This document shows, in pieces, positions 43,420 through 54,699 of a stretch of 64,000 nucleotides of DNA (position 1 is its first letter; every line of letters begins with the position of its first letter). Origin of the DNA: Clostridia bacterium (lineage in GTDB: Bacteria > Bacillota > Clostridia > Christensenellales > UBA1242); the NCBI GenBank assembly GCA_045639255.1, contig JAZUCT010000011.1, forward strand, positions 14,357 to 78,356, in the 5' to 3' direction. The notes under the pieces are model-generated. The model saw nothing but the letters and a program-made list of their open reading frames with translations. It searched no databases and was not told the origin of the DNA. Position numbers and translations under genes: made by a program.

Positions 43420-45252
43420 ATGAACGAAAACATTAAGCAAAAACTTTCTTTATTGCCGTCATGCCCTGGCAGTTATCAAATGCTTGATGCTGGTGGCAAC
43501 ATTATTTATGTTGGAAAGGCTGTTAACTTAAAAAACCGAGTTAGCAGTTATTTTGTTAATTTAAGTTCACACAACGAAAAAACCAAGGCACTTGTTAAAA
43601 ATATTGCCGATTTTAACTATATTGTTACACCAACTGAACTTGATGCTTTGTGTTTGGAAGCCAACCTTATTAAAAAACATCAACCTTACTATAACATTTT
43701 GCTTAAAGATGGAAAGCAATTTGCATATATAAAAATTAACACAAAAGCACCCTATCCAAAAATTGAAGTGGTAAGAAAAGTTAAAAACGATGGCTTTAAA
43801 TATTTTGGGCCATACTTTAATGGGGTTTACTATAAAGAAATTATTGAACTTATTTCATATGCATTTAACTTGCGCACTTGCAATTTTAAGTTCAGTGCAG
43901 AAAAGCCGTTAAAACGCCCTTGCTTAAACTTTGATATGGGCTTGTGTTGTGCCCCTTGTGTTAACAAAGTTTCACAACAAGAATATTTAAGTAAGGTTAA
44001 GCAAACAATTGATTTTTTAAACGGAAACACTTTAAATATTAAACAAATTTTAACACAAAAAATGCAACATTTTGCAAGCAAACAAAATTTTGAAACAGCA
44101 CTTATTTATCGCAACTTGTTAAACACTGTTAACAAGTTAGATAACAAAGTTCACACTCAACTTACTTCAACTCTTGAAGGCGATGTTATTGGTTTTTGCA
44201 CAAATGGTGTTTATTCCTGCGTAAGTGTTGCAACAATTATAAGCGGAAAAATTTTAGGTGTTGAAAATTTTATTCTTAATTCAGTAAGCGAAAATTCTGG
44301 TGAAATTATTGCTGAATTTTTAACACAATATTATACTTCAAACAAAATTATTCCAAAGCAAATTTTGGTGCCTTGCCAAATAAAAGATAGCGAAATTTTA
44401 AAACAATATTTAACATCACTTAAAGGCACAAATGTTAACATTGTTTATGTGCAAAAAGGCGAAAAGAAAAAGGTTGTTGAAATTGCGAACCAAAATGCAG
44501 AAGAATTTTTGCAAAAAAACATTGAAAAAGAAAAACAGCAAGAGTTATTAACACTTGGTGCTTGCAAACAGTTGCAAGAATATTTGGGGCTTAAAGAACT
44601 TCCGCTAAGAATTGAAGGCTATGATATTTCAAACATATCTGGAACAAACAAAGTTGCCAGCATGGTGGTGTTTATTAACGGAAAACCTGCAAAACAGCAC
44701 TATCGAAAGTTTAAAATTGATGATATTGAAGGGCAAAACGATTTTGCTTGCATGAACGAAGTTTTGTTGCGCCGTGCAAACGAACTTAAAAAAGCAACCG
44801 ATTTAAGTTTTTCGCAAAAACCAAACCTTATTTTAATCGATGGTGGAAAAGGTCAGTTAAGTTCTGCACTTGCCAGCATTAAGCCAAACATAGATTGCGA
44901 TGTTATTTCACTTGCCAAGCGGTTGGAAGAAGTTTTTAAGCCAAACAGTTCTGTTCCAATTGTGTTAAGCCATTCAACCTATGCCCTAAGGTTGTTGCAA
45001 CGGGTGCGTGATGAAAGCCACAGGTTTGCAATAACTTTTCACAGGCAACGCAGAAACAAGCAAACACTTAAAAACACTCTTGGTGAAATTAAAGGCATTG
45101 GAAAAACCAAGCAACAACATTTGTTTAACCACTTTAAAAGTTTTGAAAAAATAAAAAATGCATCTGTTTATGAACTTATGCAAGTTAACCGAATTTCAAA
45201 AACAGACGCTGTTAACATTTTTAATTTTTATCATAAGGATATTTCAGAATAG
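43420..45252 (+). CDS. uvrC: Excinuclease ABC subunit C
   Basis: 610 aa. GIY-YIG domain (GSYQMLDAGGNIIYVGKAVNLKNR), UVR domain, RDESHRFAITFHR, and a C-terminal HhH. Confidence 0.95.
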   Translation: MNENIKQKLSLLPSCPGSYQMLDAGGNIIYVGKAVNLKNRVSSYFVNLSSHNEKTKALVKNIADFNYIVTPTELDALCLEANLIKKHQPYYNILLKDGKQFAYIKINTKAPYPKIEVVRKVKNDGFKYFGPYFNGVYYKEIIELISYAFNLRTCNFKFSAEKPLKRPCLNFDMGLCCAPCVNKVSQQEYLSKVKQTIDFLNGNTLNIKQILTQKMQHFASKQNFETALIYRNLLNTVNKLDNKVHTQLTSTLEGDVIGFCTNGVYSCVSVATIISGKILGVENFILNSVSENSGEIIAEFLTQYYTSNKIIPKQILVPCQIKDSEILKQYLTSLKGTNVNIVYVQKGEKKKVVEIANQNAEEFLQKNIEKEKQQELLTLGACKQLQEYLGLKELPLRIEGYDISNISGTNKVASMVVFINGKPAKQHYRKFKIDDIEGQNDFACMNEVLLRRANELKKATDLSFSQKPNLILIDGGKGQLSSALASIKPNIDCDVISLAKRLEEVFKPNSSVPIVLSHSTYALRLLQRVRDESHRFAITFHRQRRNKQTLKNTLGEIKGIGKTKQQHLFNHFKSFEKIKNASVYELMQVNRISKTDAVNIFNFYHKDISE

Positions 45253-45283
45253 AAGTTATTAAACAATTCATAAAATTCAAAAT

Positions 45284-45310
45284 AAAAAAACACCCGATTG
45301 GGTGTTTTTT
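45284..45310. terminator. Bidirectional terminator
   Basis: ACACCC-GATT-GGGTGT hairpin (45290-45305) between A7 and T6. Confidence 0.65.
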
Positions 45311-46733
45311 AACTTTGTGATTTAATTGTTATTTTTCCGCTTGTTGATGTGATTGTAAGTTTGGTTTCTGTGTTTTCAGTTGCACCTGAAATTAATGCAT
45401 TTTCAACATTCGATTTTGAAATTAAATCTGCATAAGCAATATCTTTTTCGCCGTTACCTGAAACATTAAGCACACACGCTTTAATTGGTGCAACAACGCT
45501 TACATTTCCCTTTTGAGCATTAATAACATTTTCGCCAACAAGATTTTTAAAGTTAAGTGTTAAAATGCAATAGCCATCGTTTTCAACATTAACCGTTGTT
45601 TTAAATGGAATGTTGTTTGCTGTAAGCGAACCATTTTTTGCCATGAAATTAAATTCTGCATTGGTTTCAACTTGATTTGAAAAATCAACTTTGCAAATGC
45701 CCGATGTGGTTTTAACATTAACACCACAAGCAATGTTTTTAAGTGTTATGTTTGCAATTGTTGTTTCAACATTAACACCACCTGTTGCCTTGTTAATTTC
45801 CACTTCGCCACTGGTGCTTTTTGATTCAACACTTCCAACCGCATTTTCAATTTTAAGTTTTGCGTTTGTTCTGTTTAAATCGGTGTAAGTGCCGTTCAAT
45901 GTTGTTATGGTTGTTTTAACATTTCCAGTTACTGAAATGTTGCCACTTTCGTTAAAATTAATAATGCCTTTTTTTGAAACAAAATTTGTTTGTTCAACCT
46001 TGTTTGCTTTAAGTTGCAAATTTTCGGCTTCAACATTAAGAATTTTAATATTGTTAAATTCAAAGTTTGAAGTGTTTGTTTTTATATCCAATTTAAGTGC
46101 TATGTTTGGCACAATTTTAACTGTGTTATTGTTTGAATTAATGGTTGCTTGTGATATATCATTTTTCAATTTTCCAACAACAATCTTCGAGTTATTAACA
46201 TCGAAAAACAAACTTTGAATATCCAGCAAGTTATTTCCGCCACCAACTGTTATGGTTGAATTTTCGCCAACAACATATAAGTTTTTTGCAGAATAATCCC
46301 TTGTTAATTGCAAGTGAAGGTTTGAAATTTTTCTGTTAAAAAAGAAACCTTCTGGTTCAGTAACAGTTATTTTTAAAATTCTGTTTTTAATTTCATAACT
46401 TTTGCCATATTTAACACCTTTTTCAACTTTTGCAAAGCCCCACATTCTGTTGTTATTGTTAAATTGCATATATCCACCGGCGTTAAGGCACGAAACTTCA
46501 ACATCAAGGCTTTTAACATTAAATTCAATTGCATCAAAATCTTCATCGTTAAAAAGCAACGAGTGTTTGCCTTTATCACTGTAATCAAAATAAGCATAGC
46601 CAAAAATTTTAATTGGGTTATCTGGGTTTATTTTTGCAGAAACAAACATAATGCCAATTGTTACAAGCAACACTGAAAATGCAATAATTGCCAACAATGC
46701 AACATATTTTAAAATATTTTTAATAAGTTTCAT
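45309..46733 (-). CDS. Membrane-anchored beta-strand-repeat protein (DUF4097/LiaG-like putative adhesin)
   Basis: 474 aa with an N-terminal TM helix. Repetitive segments of the form G.I.v....g.v.v.t.sG.i (TTSGICKV, STSGEVEI, STSGKITI). Confidence 0.5.
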   Translation of the reverse strand: MKLIKNILKYVALLAIIAFSVLLVTIGIMFVSAKINPDNPIKIFGYAYFDYSDKGKHSLLFNDEDFDAIEFNVKSLDVEVSCLNAGGYMQFNNNNRMWGFAKVEKGVKYGKSYEIKNRILKITVTEPEGFFFNRKISNLHLQLTRDYSAKNLYVVGENSTITVGGGNNLLDIQSLFFDVNNSKIVVGKLKNDISQATINSNNNTVKIVPNIALKLDIKTNTSNFEFNNIKILNVEAENLQLKANKVEQTNFVSKKGIINFNESGNISVTGNVKTTITTLNGTYTDLNRTNAKLKIENAVGSVESKSTSGEVEINKATGGVNVETTIANITLKNIACGVNVKTTSGICKVDFSNQVETNAEFNFMAKNGSLTANNIPFKTTVNVENDGYCILTLNFKNLVGENVINAQKGNVSVVAPIKACVLNVSGNGEKDIAYADLISKSNVENALISGATENTETKLTITSTSGKITIKSQS

Positions 46734-46800
46734 AATTAATTCCCCTTTATATTAATTAATTATATCATAAAACTTTATATTGTCAATATCTGCAATTTTG

Positions 46801-47187
46801 CTAGTTTATTGTTTTTCCGTTGTTAATTTTAACTTGGTTAACGCAGTTTTTTTCAAGAATATATTCATATCCCTTGTTTTGCATATCAAGTGCAGTAAGA
46901 ATTTTAAAAATATCCCAATGCCCATTGGCAGACTCTTTACAAATGCAATATGCAACAGGTTTTTCTTCCACCAACAAAACACAGCAAAAAGTGTTTTGGT
47001 TATAAATGTTTTTAAGTTCTTTAAGCACTTCTTGTTTTTTTTCTTGAACAATTTGCGCAATGTTTTCGGTGTAGGTTTGAACTTCGGTGTTATAAGATGA
47101 AATCACATTGAAAATATGATTAACAAGTTCTTCGGTTTTTTCTTCAAATTCTTTAAAAGTGTAAGTTTTTAATTTATAGTCCAACAT
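46801..47187 (-). CDS. Hypothetical protein (weak GNAT-like C-terminal half)
   Basis: 128-aa ORF with the longest frame and good coding periodicity. No firm motif. Confidence 0.35.
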   Translation of the reverse strand: MLDYKLKTYTFKEFEEKTEELVNHIFNVISSYNTEVQTYTENIAQIVQEKKQEVLKELKNIYNQNTFCCVLLVEEKPVAYCICKESANGHWDIFKILTALDMQNKGYEYILEKNCVNQVKINNGKTIN

Positions 47188-47196
47188 AATTAATTC

Positions 47197-48282
47197 CTAA
47201 AATTTTTCCTCAATAATGCCACCACCTAAGCAATAAGTTTGGTCATAAAAAACCACCCATTGACCTTCTGTTATGGCTTTTTGTTTTTCTTTAAATGTAA
47301 CTTTAACATGGCCGTTATCCAAAATTTCAACAGTAACAGGTTGTTCTTCTTGCCTGTAACGGAATTTTGCCCAGCAGTTAAATTTTTTCTGTTCTGGTTG
47401 TTTTGGAATCCAGTTAACCTTATAGGTTATAAGCCCGTTTGAATAAAGGCAATCTTGAAGTCCGTTTGAAACATAAAGGGTGTTAGTGTTTAAATCCTTT
47501 TTGGCAACAAACCAACGGTTTGCCTCTTCCCCCTTAACACCGCCAATGCCAAACCCACGGCGTTGGCCAAGTGTGTAATACATTAATCCATCGTGCTTAC
47601 CCAACACTTTGTTGGTTTGAATATCCACAATGTTACCTTGATTTGCAGGCAAATATGTTTTTAAAAATTGTTTAAAGTTTCGTTCACCAATAAAGCAAAT
47701 GCCAGTGCTATCCTTTTTAGTTGCAGTTGCAAGTTCGTGCTTTTCTGCAATTTCCCTAAGTTCTGGTTTAAGCATATCGCCAATTGGAAACATAACATCT
47801 TTAAGTTGTGCTTGGCTAAGTTGATTTAAAAAATAAGTTTGATCTTTGTTTGCATCAACTGCTTTTTTTAAATAAACAAGCCCATCTTTGTGTTCCACCC
47901 TTGCATAGTGCCCTGTGGCAATATAATCGGCACCAATGCGTTTTGCATATTCCAAAAATGGCCCAAACTTAATTTCACGGTTGCACAAAACATCTGGGTT
48001 AGGTGTTCTGCCCCTTTTATATTCTTCCAAAAAGTATGAAAAAACCCTGTCCATATATTCTTTTGAAAAGTTAACCGTATAATATGGAATGCCAATTTTA
48101 GCACATACCCTTTTAACATCTTCATAGTCGGCTTCGCTGGTGCAATGGCCAGTGGCATCTTTTTCTTCCCAGTTTTTCATAAACAAGCCAATAACATTAT
48201 ATCCTTGTTGTTTAAGTTTAAGTGCAACCACGCTGGAATCCACACCACCACTCATGCCAACAACAACTGTTTTGTTTTGCAT
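47197..48282 (-). CDS. mnmA: tRNA-specific 2-thiouridylase MnmA
   Basis: 361 aa. PP-loop [13 protein letters not shown], plus the NPDVLCN and [10 protein letters not shown] motifs. Confidence 0.95.
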   Translation of the reverse strand: MQNKTVVVGMSGGVDSSVVALKLKQQGYNVIGLFMKNWEEKDATGHCTSEADYEDVKRVCAKIGIPYYTVNFSKEYMDRVFSYFLEEYKRGRTPNPDVLCNREIKFGPFLEYAKRIGADYIATGHYARVEHKDGLVYLKKAVDANKDQTYFLNQLSQAQLKDVMFPIGDMLKPELREIAEKHELATATKKDSTGICFIGERNFKQFLKTYLPANQGNIVDIQTNKVLGKHDGLMYYTLGQRRGFGIGGVKGEEANRWFVAKKDLNTNTLYVSNGLQDCLYSNGLITYKVNWIPKQPEQKKFNCWAKFRYRQEEQPVTVEILDNGHVKVTFKEKQKAITEGQWVVFYDQTYCLGGGIIEEKF

Positions 48283-48297
48283 AAAACTTCTCCTTCC

Positions 48298-48744
48298 CTA
48301 TTTTTCCATAACATATGGAAATGGATATTTTTTAAAAATAACTTTAAACACATCAAAAATCCAAGTTGCAAACGGAAACAATAAAATTAATCCACTAATT
48401 GTTCCAAAACCAACCAAAATATTTTCAATGGTTAAAATTCCAATTATTTCAGCAACAATAAAACAAACCATTTTTGCAATGCCAAGTTTCTTTTTGCCAA
48501 CATATAAATCGTGTGCGCCAAACAAACCCAAAAATATGGTGAACAGCAAAAGTTTTTTTCGGCTTATTTCTTTTGGGATTTTATGGCTGTAAAAAATCTT
48601 TTCTTTTTCATAAAGATTTCCCTTATTTAAAATTTCAACGGCTTTTTCATAACTTGCATTTTCAATGTCGGCAACCTTTGTTCCGCAAATTTCACAAACA
48701 TATTTTCCGTCTTTAATTTTTCCATCACAATTTGGGCAACGCAT
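48298..48744 (-). CDS. Zinc-ribbon plus TM2-domain membrane protein
   Basis: 148 aa. N-terminal CPNCDG...CEICG. TM2-like FLGLFGAHDLYVGKKKLG. Confidence 0.6.
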   Translation of the reverse strand: MRCPNCDGKIKDGKYVCEICGTKVADIENASYEKAVEILNKGNLYEKEKIFYSHKIPKEISRKKLLLFTIFLGLFGAHDLYVGKKKLGIAKMVCFIVAEIIGILTIENILVGFGTISGLILLFPFATWIFDVFKVIFKKYPFPYVMEK

Positions 48745-48878
48745 TTAAACACATTCTCCTTCATTTTATATTTTATCACAAAAATCGGCTTATAGTCAAA
48801 CAAGCAACACCTTAAAAAAGTTAACTCTGTTTTGTTAAAGTCTTTATTTTAAGTTTGAATTGTGCTATAATTTAAGAA

Positions 48879-49508
48879 ATGAAACAAAACAATTATCAAA
48901 TTTTTTTATCAACACTTTCAAAAGTTAAAGGGCTTGAAAAAAAGCCCACACTTTTGTTGCATTGCTGTTGCGCACCATGTTCCACCGCCAGCATTTTGCA
49001 AATTAAAGATTATTTTGATATAACAGTTTTCTATTATAACCCAAACATTTCGCCAAAAGAAGAATATTTAAAACGCAAAACCGAACAAATTAATTATATT
49101 AAAGCAATTGCACCAAATAACGAAATTAAGTTTGAAGATTGCGATTATGTTCCAACCGAATTTTTTAACATTGCAAAGGGTTTGGAACATTGTGCCGAAA
49201 AAGGCGAAAGGTGCCTTAAATGCTATGAACTAAGAATGGAAAAAACTTGCAAAGTTGCCAAAGAAAAGGGGTTTGATTTTTTTGCAACCACCCTTACACT
49301 AAGCCCACTTAAAGAAGAAACTGCAATTAACGAAATTGGGTTAAAATTGCAACAAAAACATCAAATGCCCTACTTGGTTTCAAACTTTAAAAAGAACAAT
49401 GGATATTTAAAAAGCATTGAACTTTCAAAGCAGTTTAACTTATACAGGCAAGATTATTGTGGTTGTGTTTATTCAAAACTTAACAAAAATAAGCACTTTG
49501 AAAATTAA
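48879..49508 (+). CDS. queH: Epoxyqueuosine reductase QueH (DUF208)
   Basis: 209 aa. LLLHCCCAPCS and the C-terminal YRQDYCGC signature. Confidence 0.8.
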   Translation: MKQNNYQIFLSTLSKVKGLEKKPTLLLHCCCAPCSTASILQIKDYFDITVFYYNPNISPKEEYLKRKTEQINYIKAIAPNNEIKFEDCDYVPTEFFNIAKGLEHCAEKGERCLKCYELRMEKTCKVAKEKGFDFFATTLTLSPLKEETAINEIGLKLQQKHQMPYLVSNFKKNNGYLKSIELSKQFNLYRQDYCGCVYSKLNKNKHFEN

Positions 49509-49529
49509 ATAAATAAAGGATTTTTTAAA

Positions 49530-50640
49530 ATGTTAATTGAAGATATAAAAAACAAAACAAGTGAAATAAGTGAAACTTTAAGTTATATAAAGGAGTGTCT
49601 TTGACTATTCAAAACTTATTGAACAGCGAAACACACAAAAACAGTTAACCGAAGGTGCAGATTTTTGGCTTAACCCAGAAAATGCACAAACACAACTTAA
49701 AAAACTTAACCAACTTGAAAACAAAATTGCCAACATTTTAAAACTTGAAAAAATGTTGGAAAATGTTACTTTTATGTTGGAACTTTATGAACTTGAAAAC
49801 AATTCAGAAACTTTTAACTTGCTTGAAAAAGAAGTTATTGAATGTTTGCAGTTTGCAGATAACCTTAAAACATCAACACTTCTTAACGGAAAGTATGATA
49901 ACAATCCGGCAATTGTAACCATTCACGCAGGAAGTGGTGGAACAGAAAGTCAGGATTGGGCAGAAATGCTGTTAAGAATGTATGCAAGGTTTTGCGAACG
50001 AAATGGTTTTGAAATGGAAATAACCGACCATATTGCTGGCTTAGGCGCTGGAATTAAAAGTGTTGAATTTTTGGTTAAAGGCGAAAATGCTTTTGGCGTG
50101 TTAAGTGCCGAAAAAGGTGTGCACAGGCTTGTGCGAATAAGTCCGTTTGATAGCAATGCACGCAGGCACACTTCGTTTGCCAGCGTTGAAGTTATTCCTG
50201 AAATTGAAGATATAAAGGGTGTTGAAATTAACCCAGATGATTTGCGAATTGATACTTTCAGGGCAAGCGGTGCTGGTGGCCAACACATTAACAAAACCGA
50301 CAGTGCTGTGCGCATAACACATTTACCAACAGGCATTGTTGTTTCCAGCCAAAATCAGCGAAGCCAAATTCAAAACAAAGAAACCGCATATCAAATGCTG
50401 GTTTCGAAACTTATAAGTTTGCAAATTCAGCAGAAAAAAGAAAACATCAAGCAAATTCAGGGCGAAGTTAAGGCAAACGAGTGGGGAAGCCAAATTCGAA
50501 GTTATGTTTTTTGCCCTTACACAATGGTTAAAGACCATCGCACAAACTTTGAAACCAGCAATGTTTCGGCTGTGCTTGATGGCGAAATTATGGAATTTAT
50601 TAACGCATATTTAAAGGTGCGTGCAAAGGAGAAAAATTAA
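49530..50640 (+). CDS. prfB: Peptide chain release factor 2, with the canonical +1 programmed frameshift at CTT TGA C (49599-49605)
   Basis: ATG 49530 opens 24 codons ending ...KECL, then TGA at 49602. The +1 frame (from 49603) runs on into ORF 49753..50640 ([21 protein letters not shown]). An SD-like AAGGAG (49590-49595) lies 3 nt before CTT. Confidence 0.9.
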
Positions 50641-51695
50641 TGAGTTACAACATGAAACTTGAAATTGAAAAACTTCAAAAGCAAAAAGATGTAACAATTC
50701 TTGCAATTGAAAGCAGTTGTGATGAAACCAGCATTGCCGTTGTAAGAAATGGCCGAGAAGTTCTTTCAAATGTTATTTCCAGCCAGATTGAAATTCACAA
50801 ACGCTTTGGTGGTGTTGTGCCAGAAGTGGCAAGCCGAAATCACACAATGTGCATTTCGTCTGTTCTTAACCAAGCGCTTGAACAAGCAAACCTAACTTTA
50901 AACCAAATTGATGCAATTGCTGTAACTTATGGTGCTGGGCTTGTGGGGGCGTTGCTTGTGGGTGTTAGTTTTGCAAAATCGCTTGCCTATGCACTTAAAA
51001 AACCGCTTATTGCAGTTAACCATATTCGTGGCCATGTAAGTGCAAACTTTATTGCTCATAAAGAGTTAACACCGCCTTTTGTTTGCCTTATTGTAAGCGG
51101 TGGACATTCAGCCATTGTTAAGGTTAATAACTATGTTGATTATTCGCTTATTGGCACCACGCAAGACGATGCTGTTGGCGAAGCAACCGATAAAATTGCA
51201 AGGGTTATGGGGCTAAGTTACCCCGGCGGGCCTAAGGTGGATAAACTTGCAAAAGAAGGCAAAAATGTTATTAAGTTTGTGAACTCTAACACTTTTGCCG
51301 ATAGTTATAACTTTTCATTTTCTGGCCTAAAAACTGCTGTTATAAACTATATTCACAAACAAAAACAAAATGGCGTGGAACTTAACATACCTGATATATG
51401 CTGTTCGTTTCAACACCAAGCAATTGATGGTTTGGTGGATAAAACAATTTTGGCTTGCAAACAACATAACATTAACAAAGTTGCAATTGCAGGCGGTGTT
51501 AGTGCAAACTCTTATTTAAGGGAACAACTTTCACTTAAAGCACAACAAAACAACATAACTGCTTACATTCCACCATTTGAATTTTGCACCGATAATGCTG
51601 CCATGATTGGTTCAATGGCATACTATAACTTAATTAACAATGTTGGGTTAAGCGATTTAACACTTAACGCAGTTCCAAACATTCCACTTGAATAA
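50640..51695 (+). CDS. tsaD: tRNA N6-adenosine threonylcarbamoyltransferase TsaD
   Basis: 351 aa. [20 protein letters not shown] and GGVSAN motifs. The ATG overlaps the prfB stop (TAATG). Confidence 0.95.
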   Translation: MSYNMKLEIEKLQKQKDVTILAIESSCDETSIAVVRNGREVLSNVISSQIEIHKRFGGVVPEVASRNHTMCISSVLNQALEQANLTLNQIDAIAVTYGAGLVGALLVGVSFAKSLAYALKKPLIAVNHIRGHVSANFIAHKELTPPFVCLIVSGGHSAIVKVNNYVDYSLIGTTQDDAVGEATDKIARVMGLSYPGGPKVDKLAKEGKNVIKFVNSNTFADSYNFSFSGLKTAVINYIHKQKQNGVELNIPDICCSFQHQAIDGLVDKTILACKQHNINKVAIAGGVSANSYLREQLSLKAQQNNITAYIPPFEFCTDNAAMIGSMAYYNLINNVGLSDLTLNAVPNIPLE

Positions 51696-51717
51696 AATTT
51701 TATTTAAAGTTAAAGAA

Positions 51718-51746
51718 ACAAAAAACAGCCGTTTGGCTGTTTTTTA
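51718..51746. terminator. Bidirectional terminator (repeated module AACAAAAAACAGCCGTTTGGCTGTT)
   Basis: AACAGCC-GTTT-GGCTGTT hairpin (51724-51741) between an A-run and a T-run. The same 25-mer recurs at 58770-58794. Confidence 0.65.
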
Positions 51747-52376
51747 ATTAAAGAATGTTTTAATATATTCAAACAATTCGCTTCCACTTGTTTGTGTTAT
51801 TATGTGGAACGATGATGCTTGGTTTGAGTTAATGAAATAAATTTTTGACGATGTTAAACTTTCGTTGTTGTTAATTTCAATTAAAATTTTAACATATTTT
51901 TTGCTGGCAGAACTTAAATCGTTTGAGTTATATTCTTCGCCATTAAGCATTATATGTTGTTCTTCACTGAATGAAAGGCACGCATATTTAACACTTTCGT
52001 TTGTGTTCATTGCAATGTTTGAAAGAATTGATGGTTCATAGTCATACACAATTTCATCTTTTGCAAAAAGTTTTCCGCTGAATAATGCATATGCCAAATT
52101 ATCTGTTCTAAGTGTGTTTTTAATTTTGTTAACCGCTTGGTTATATTTTTCAGTGTTTGAATCTTTCCAAATTTGAGTTGAAACACCGCCATTTTGATAA
52201 AACGAAACTGATTGAACTTTATCAAAATTAAAATTCACTGCAAGTTTAACTGGAATAAAGTTTAAGCAAATTAATGCAATTCCCACAACTGCAATAACAA
52301 TAAACATTATTTTAAGAAGAAGATTTTTTTTGCTTGGAACTTCTTCAATAATTAAATCTTTGTTAATTTCTTCCAT
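51744..52376 (-). CDS. Membrane-anchored hypothetical protein
   Basis: 210 aa with a single N-terminal TM helix (LLLKIMFIVIAVVGIALICL). Lies directly downstream of ftsH. No motif recognised. Confidence 0.45.
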   Translation of the reverse strand: MEEINKDLIIEEVPSKKNLLLKIMFIVIAVVGIALICLNFIPVKLAVNFNFDKVQSVSFYQNGGVSTQIWKDSNTEKYNQAVNKIKNTLRTDNLAYALFSGKLFAKDEIVYDYEPSILSNIAMNTNESVKYACLSFSEEQHIMLNGEEYNSNDLSSASKKYVKILIEINNNESLTSSKIYFINSNQASSFHIITQTSGSELFEYIKTFFN

Positions 52377-52379
52377 AAG

Positions 52380-54452
52380 TTATTTATCCTTTCTTTGTTT
52401 TTTAAGCATTTCATCAAGTTGTTCTGGGGTTATAAGCCCGCTTTGTTCAATTTGCTTTTTAAGTTCAAGTTCTTGCTCTTTTAACTTGCGTTCTTCTTCG
52501 GCTTGTTTTTCAGCAATCTCTTTTGCTTTTTTTATTGCTTCTTCATCTTTTTGTTTTCTTTCTTCATCTTTTTTTGCCATAAATTCAAAAATTTCTTCTT
52601 TTGAATTTCCAGCAATAATCATATCAACTTCATCACGATAAATTGTTTGTTTTTCCAAAAGCACTTGTGCCATTGTTTCAAGTTTATCAAGGTTAGCAGT
52701 TAAAATTTCTTTTGCTTGCTTATAGTTTTCATCAAGTATCTTTTTAATTTCGGCATCGATTTCAGCGGCATATTTTTCGCTGTAATTGTTTTGGCTTTGA
52801 TAGTTTCTGCCAATAAACACTTCGCCATGGCTTCCAAAATTAAAGAAACCAAGTTTTTGGCTCATACCCCATTCAGTAACCATTTTTCTTGCAATTTCAG
52901 TTGCACGCATAATATCGTTTGAAGCGCCTGTTGAAACATCCTTGAAAATAAGTTCTTCGGCAACTCTTCCGCCCATAATCATTGAAATTTGGCTGTTAAG
53001 ATAGTTATAAGTTAAGTGGTTATCGTCAGTGTCTGGCCTTGAAAGAGTGTATCCCGCAGCCATACCCCTTGAAATAATTGAAACTTCTTCAACCGCATCT
53101 TTTAAGTGTGGCAAAAGTTTGCCCAAAATTGCGTGGCCACTTTCGTGGTAAGCAGTTATTTTGTTATCTCTTTCAGTAACAACACGGCTTTTCTTTTGTG
53201 GGCCCATAATAACTTTTGAAATGCTGTCGGTTATATCAACCATACGAATAAGTTTTCGGTTTTCACGGGCAGTTAAAATTGCTGCTTCGTTTAAAAGATT
53301 TTGCAAATCTGCACCACTGAAACCACTTGTTAACCTTGCAAGAGTGGTGAAATCCACATCTTCATCAAGCGGTTTGTTGCGTGCGTGAACTTTCATAATT
53401 TCTTCACGGCCCTTAACATCTGGCATGTGAATATATATTTGGCGGTCGAACCTGCCCGGGCGAAGAAGTGCAGGGTCCAAAACATCGGCACGGTTGGTTG
53501 CTGCCATAACAATAACACCATCGTTATTTTCAAAACCGTCCATTTCAGTAAGCAATTGGTTTAAGGTTTGTTCCCTTTCATCGTTTTGCGAACCAAGGCC
53601 AGTTCCCCTTTGCCTGCCCACAGCATCAATTTCATCAATGAACACAATACAAGGTTTGTGGCGTTTTGCTTTATCAAACAAGTCTCTTACACGGCTTGCA
53701 CCAACACCAACAAACATTTCAACAAAATCACTGCCTGTTATTGAAAAGAATGGCACACCGCCTTCACCTGCAACGGCTTTTGCAAGCAAGGTTTTACCAG
53801 TTCCTGGGTTACCAACAAGCAACACACCTTTTGGAATTTTTGCACCAACTTCGGTGAATTTTTTAGGGTTCTTTAAGAATTCAACAACTTCTTGAAGTTC
53901 TTTCTTTTCTTCATCGGCACCAGCAACATCGCTAAAACGCACCTTACTGCCTTTAACAACATCGTTTTTTGTTTTGCCAAAACTTGCTGCGTTAGAGTTC
54001 GATTTTGAAATCATTCGAACAATAAACATAACCCCAAACACAGAAATTAAAATATAAAACACTGGCATTAAATAGTTCCAAACAGGAGTGCTGTCTGGCT
54101 TATCTGCATATGAAATTGTAAGGTTGTGTGTTTTGTTAATTTCATCAATTCTTGCAAACAAATCGTAAACCAACTCTTTGTTGGAATAGGTTGCATAATA
54201 AGCATGTTTTTTTGCATCAACGCTGGTGTAGATATAAACATTGTTGTTTTGCGCAACAATTTTTGCAATTTTGCAATCGTCATAATTTCCATCGCCATTT
54301 GGATCCAACATTTCAATGCTGGTTATTTCACTGAATTCCAAATATTTAACACCATTATCTTGGCTGGCTTGCCAAAAAATTGAAACACCACCAATAATAA
54401 GTGCGGCAATAACTAATATTTTAAAAACAGAAACTTTTTTCTTTTTCTTCAT
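52380..54452 (-). CDS. ftsH: ATP-dependent zinc metalloprotease FtsH with a Lys/Glu-rich C-terminal tail
   Basis: 690 aa. Walker A GNPGTGKT, the SRH region, and zinc motif HESGHAI. Confidence 0.95.
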   Translation of the reverse strand: MKKKKKVSVFKILVIAALIIGGVSIFWQASQDNGVKYLEFSEITSIEMLDPNGDGNYDDCKIAKIVAQNNNVYIYTSVDAKKHAYYATYSNKELVYDLFARIDEINKTHNLTISYADKPDSTPVWNYLMPVFYILISVFGVMFIVRMISKSNSNAASFGKTKNDVVKGSKVRFSDVAGADEEKKELQEVVEFLKNPKKFTEVGAKIPKGVLLVGNPGTGKTLLAKAVAGEGGVPFFSITGSDFVEMFVGVGASRVRDLFDKAKRHKPCIVFIDEIDAVGRQRGTGLGSQNDEREQTLNQLLTEMDGFENNDGVIVMAATNRADVLDPALLRPGRFDRQIYIHMPDVKGREEIMKVHARNKPLDEDVDFTTLARLTSGFSGADLQNLLNEAAILTARENRKLIRMVDITDSISKVIMGPQKKSRVVTERDNKITAYHESGHAILGKLLPHLKDAVEEVSIISRGMAAGYTLSRPDTDDNHLTYNYLNSQISMIMGGRVAEELIFKDVSTGASNDIMRATEIARKMVTEWGMSQKLGFFNFGSHGEVFIGRNYQSQNNYSEKYAAEIDAEIKKILDENYKQAKEILTANLDKLETMAQVLLEKQTIYRDEVDMIIAGNSKEEIFEFMAKKDEERKQKDEEAIKKAKEIAEKQAEEERKLKEQELELKKQIEQSGLITPEQLDEMLKKQRKDK

Positions 54453-54699
54453 AATTTCTCCTTAATATAATTATTATATATAACAAACTGAATAAAAGTT
54501 TAACATTAAAATGCTAAAAAATCAAATAAATTTTAAGTTTAAGGTGTTTACATGCTTATTATTTACAAATTTAAAAAATAATAAAATGTTTTAATTTGTT
54601 AATTTTTGAACATAATGAACATATCAAACCAAAATTTTCTATTTACAATTCTTTTTTTTATTGTTATAATTATTTAACAAAATTTATGGGGGAATGTTT

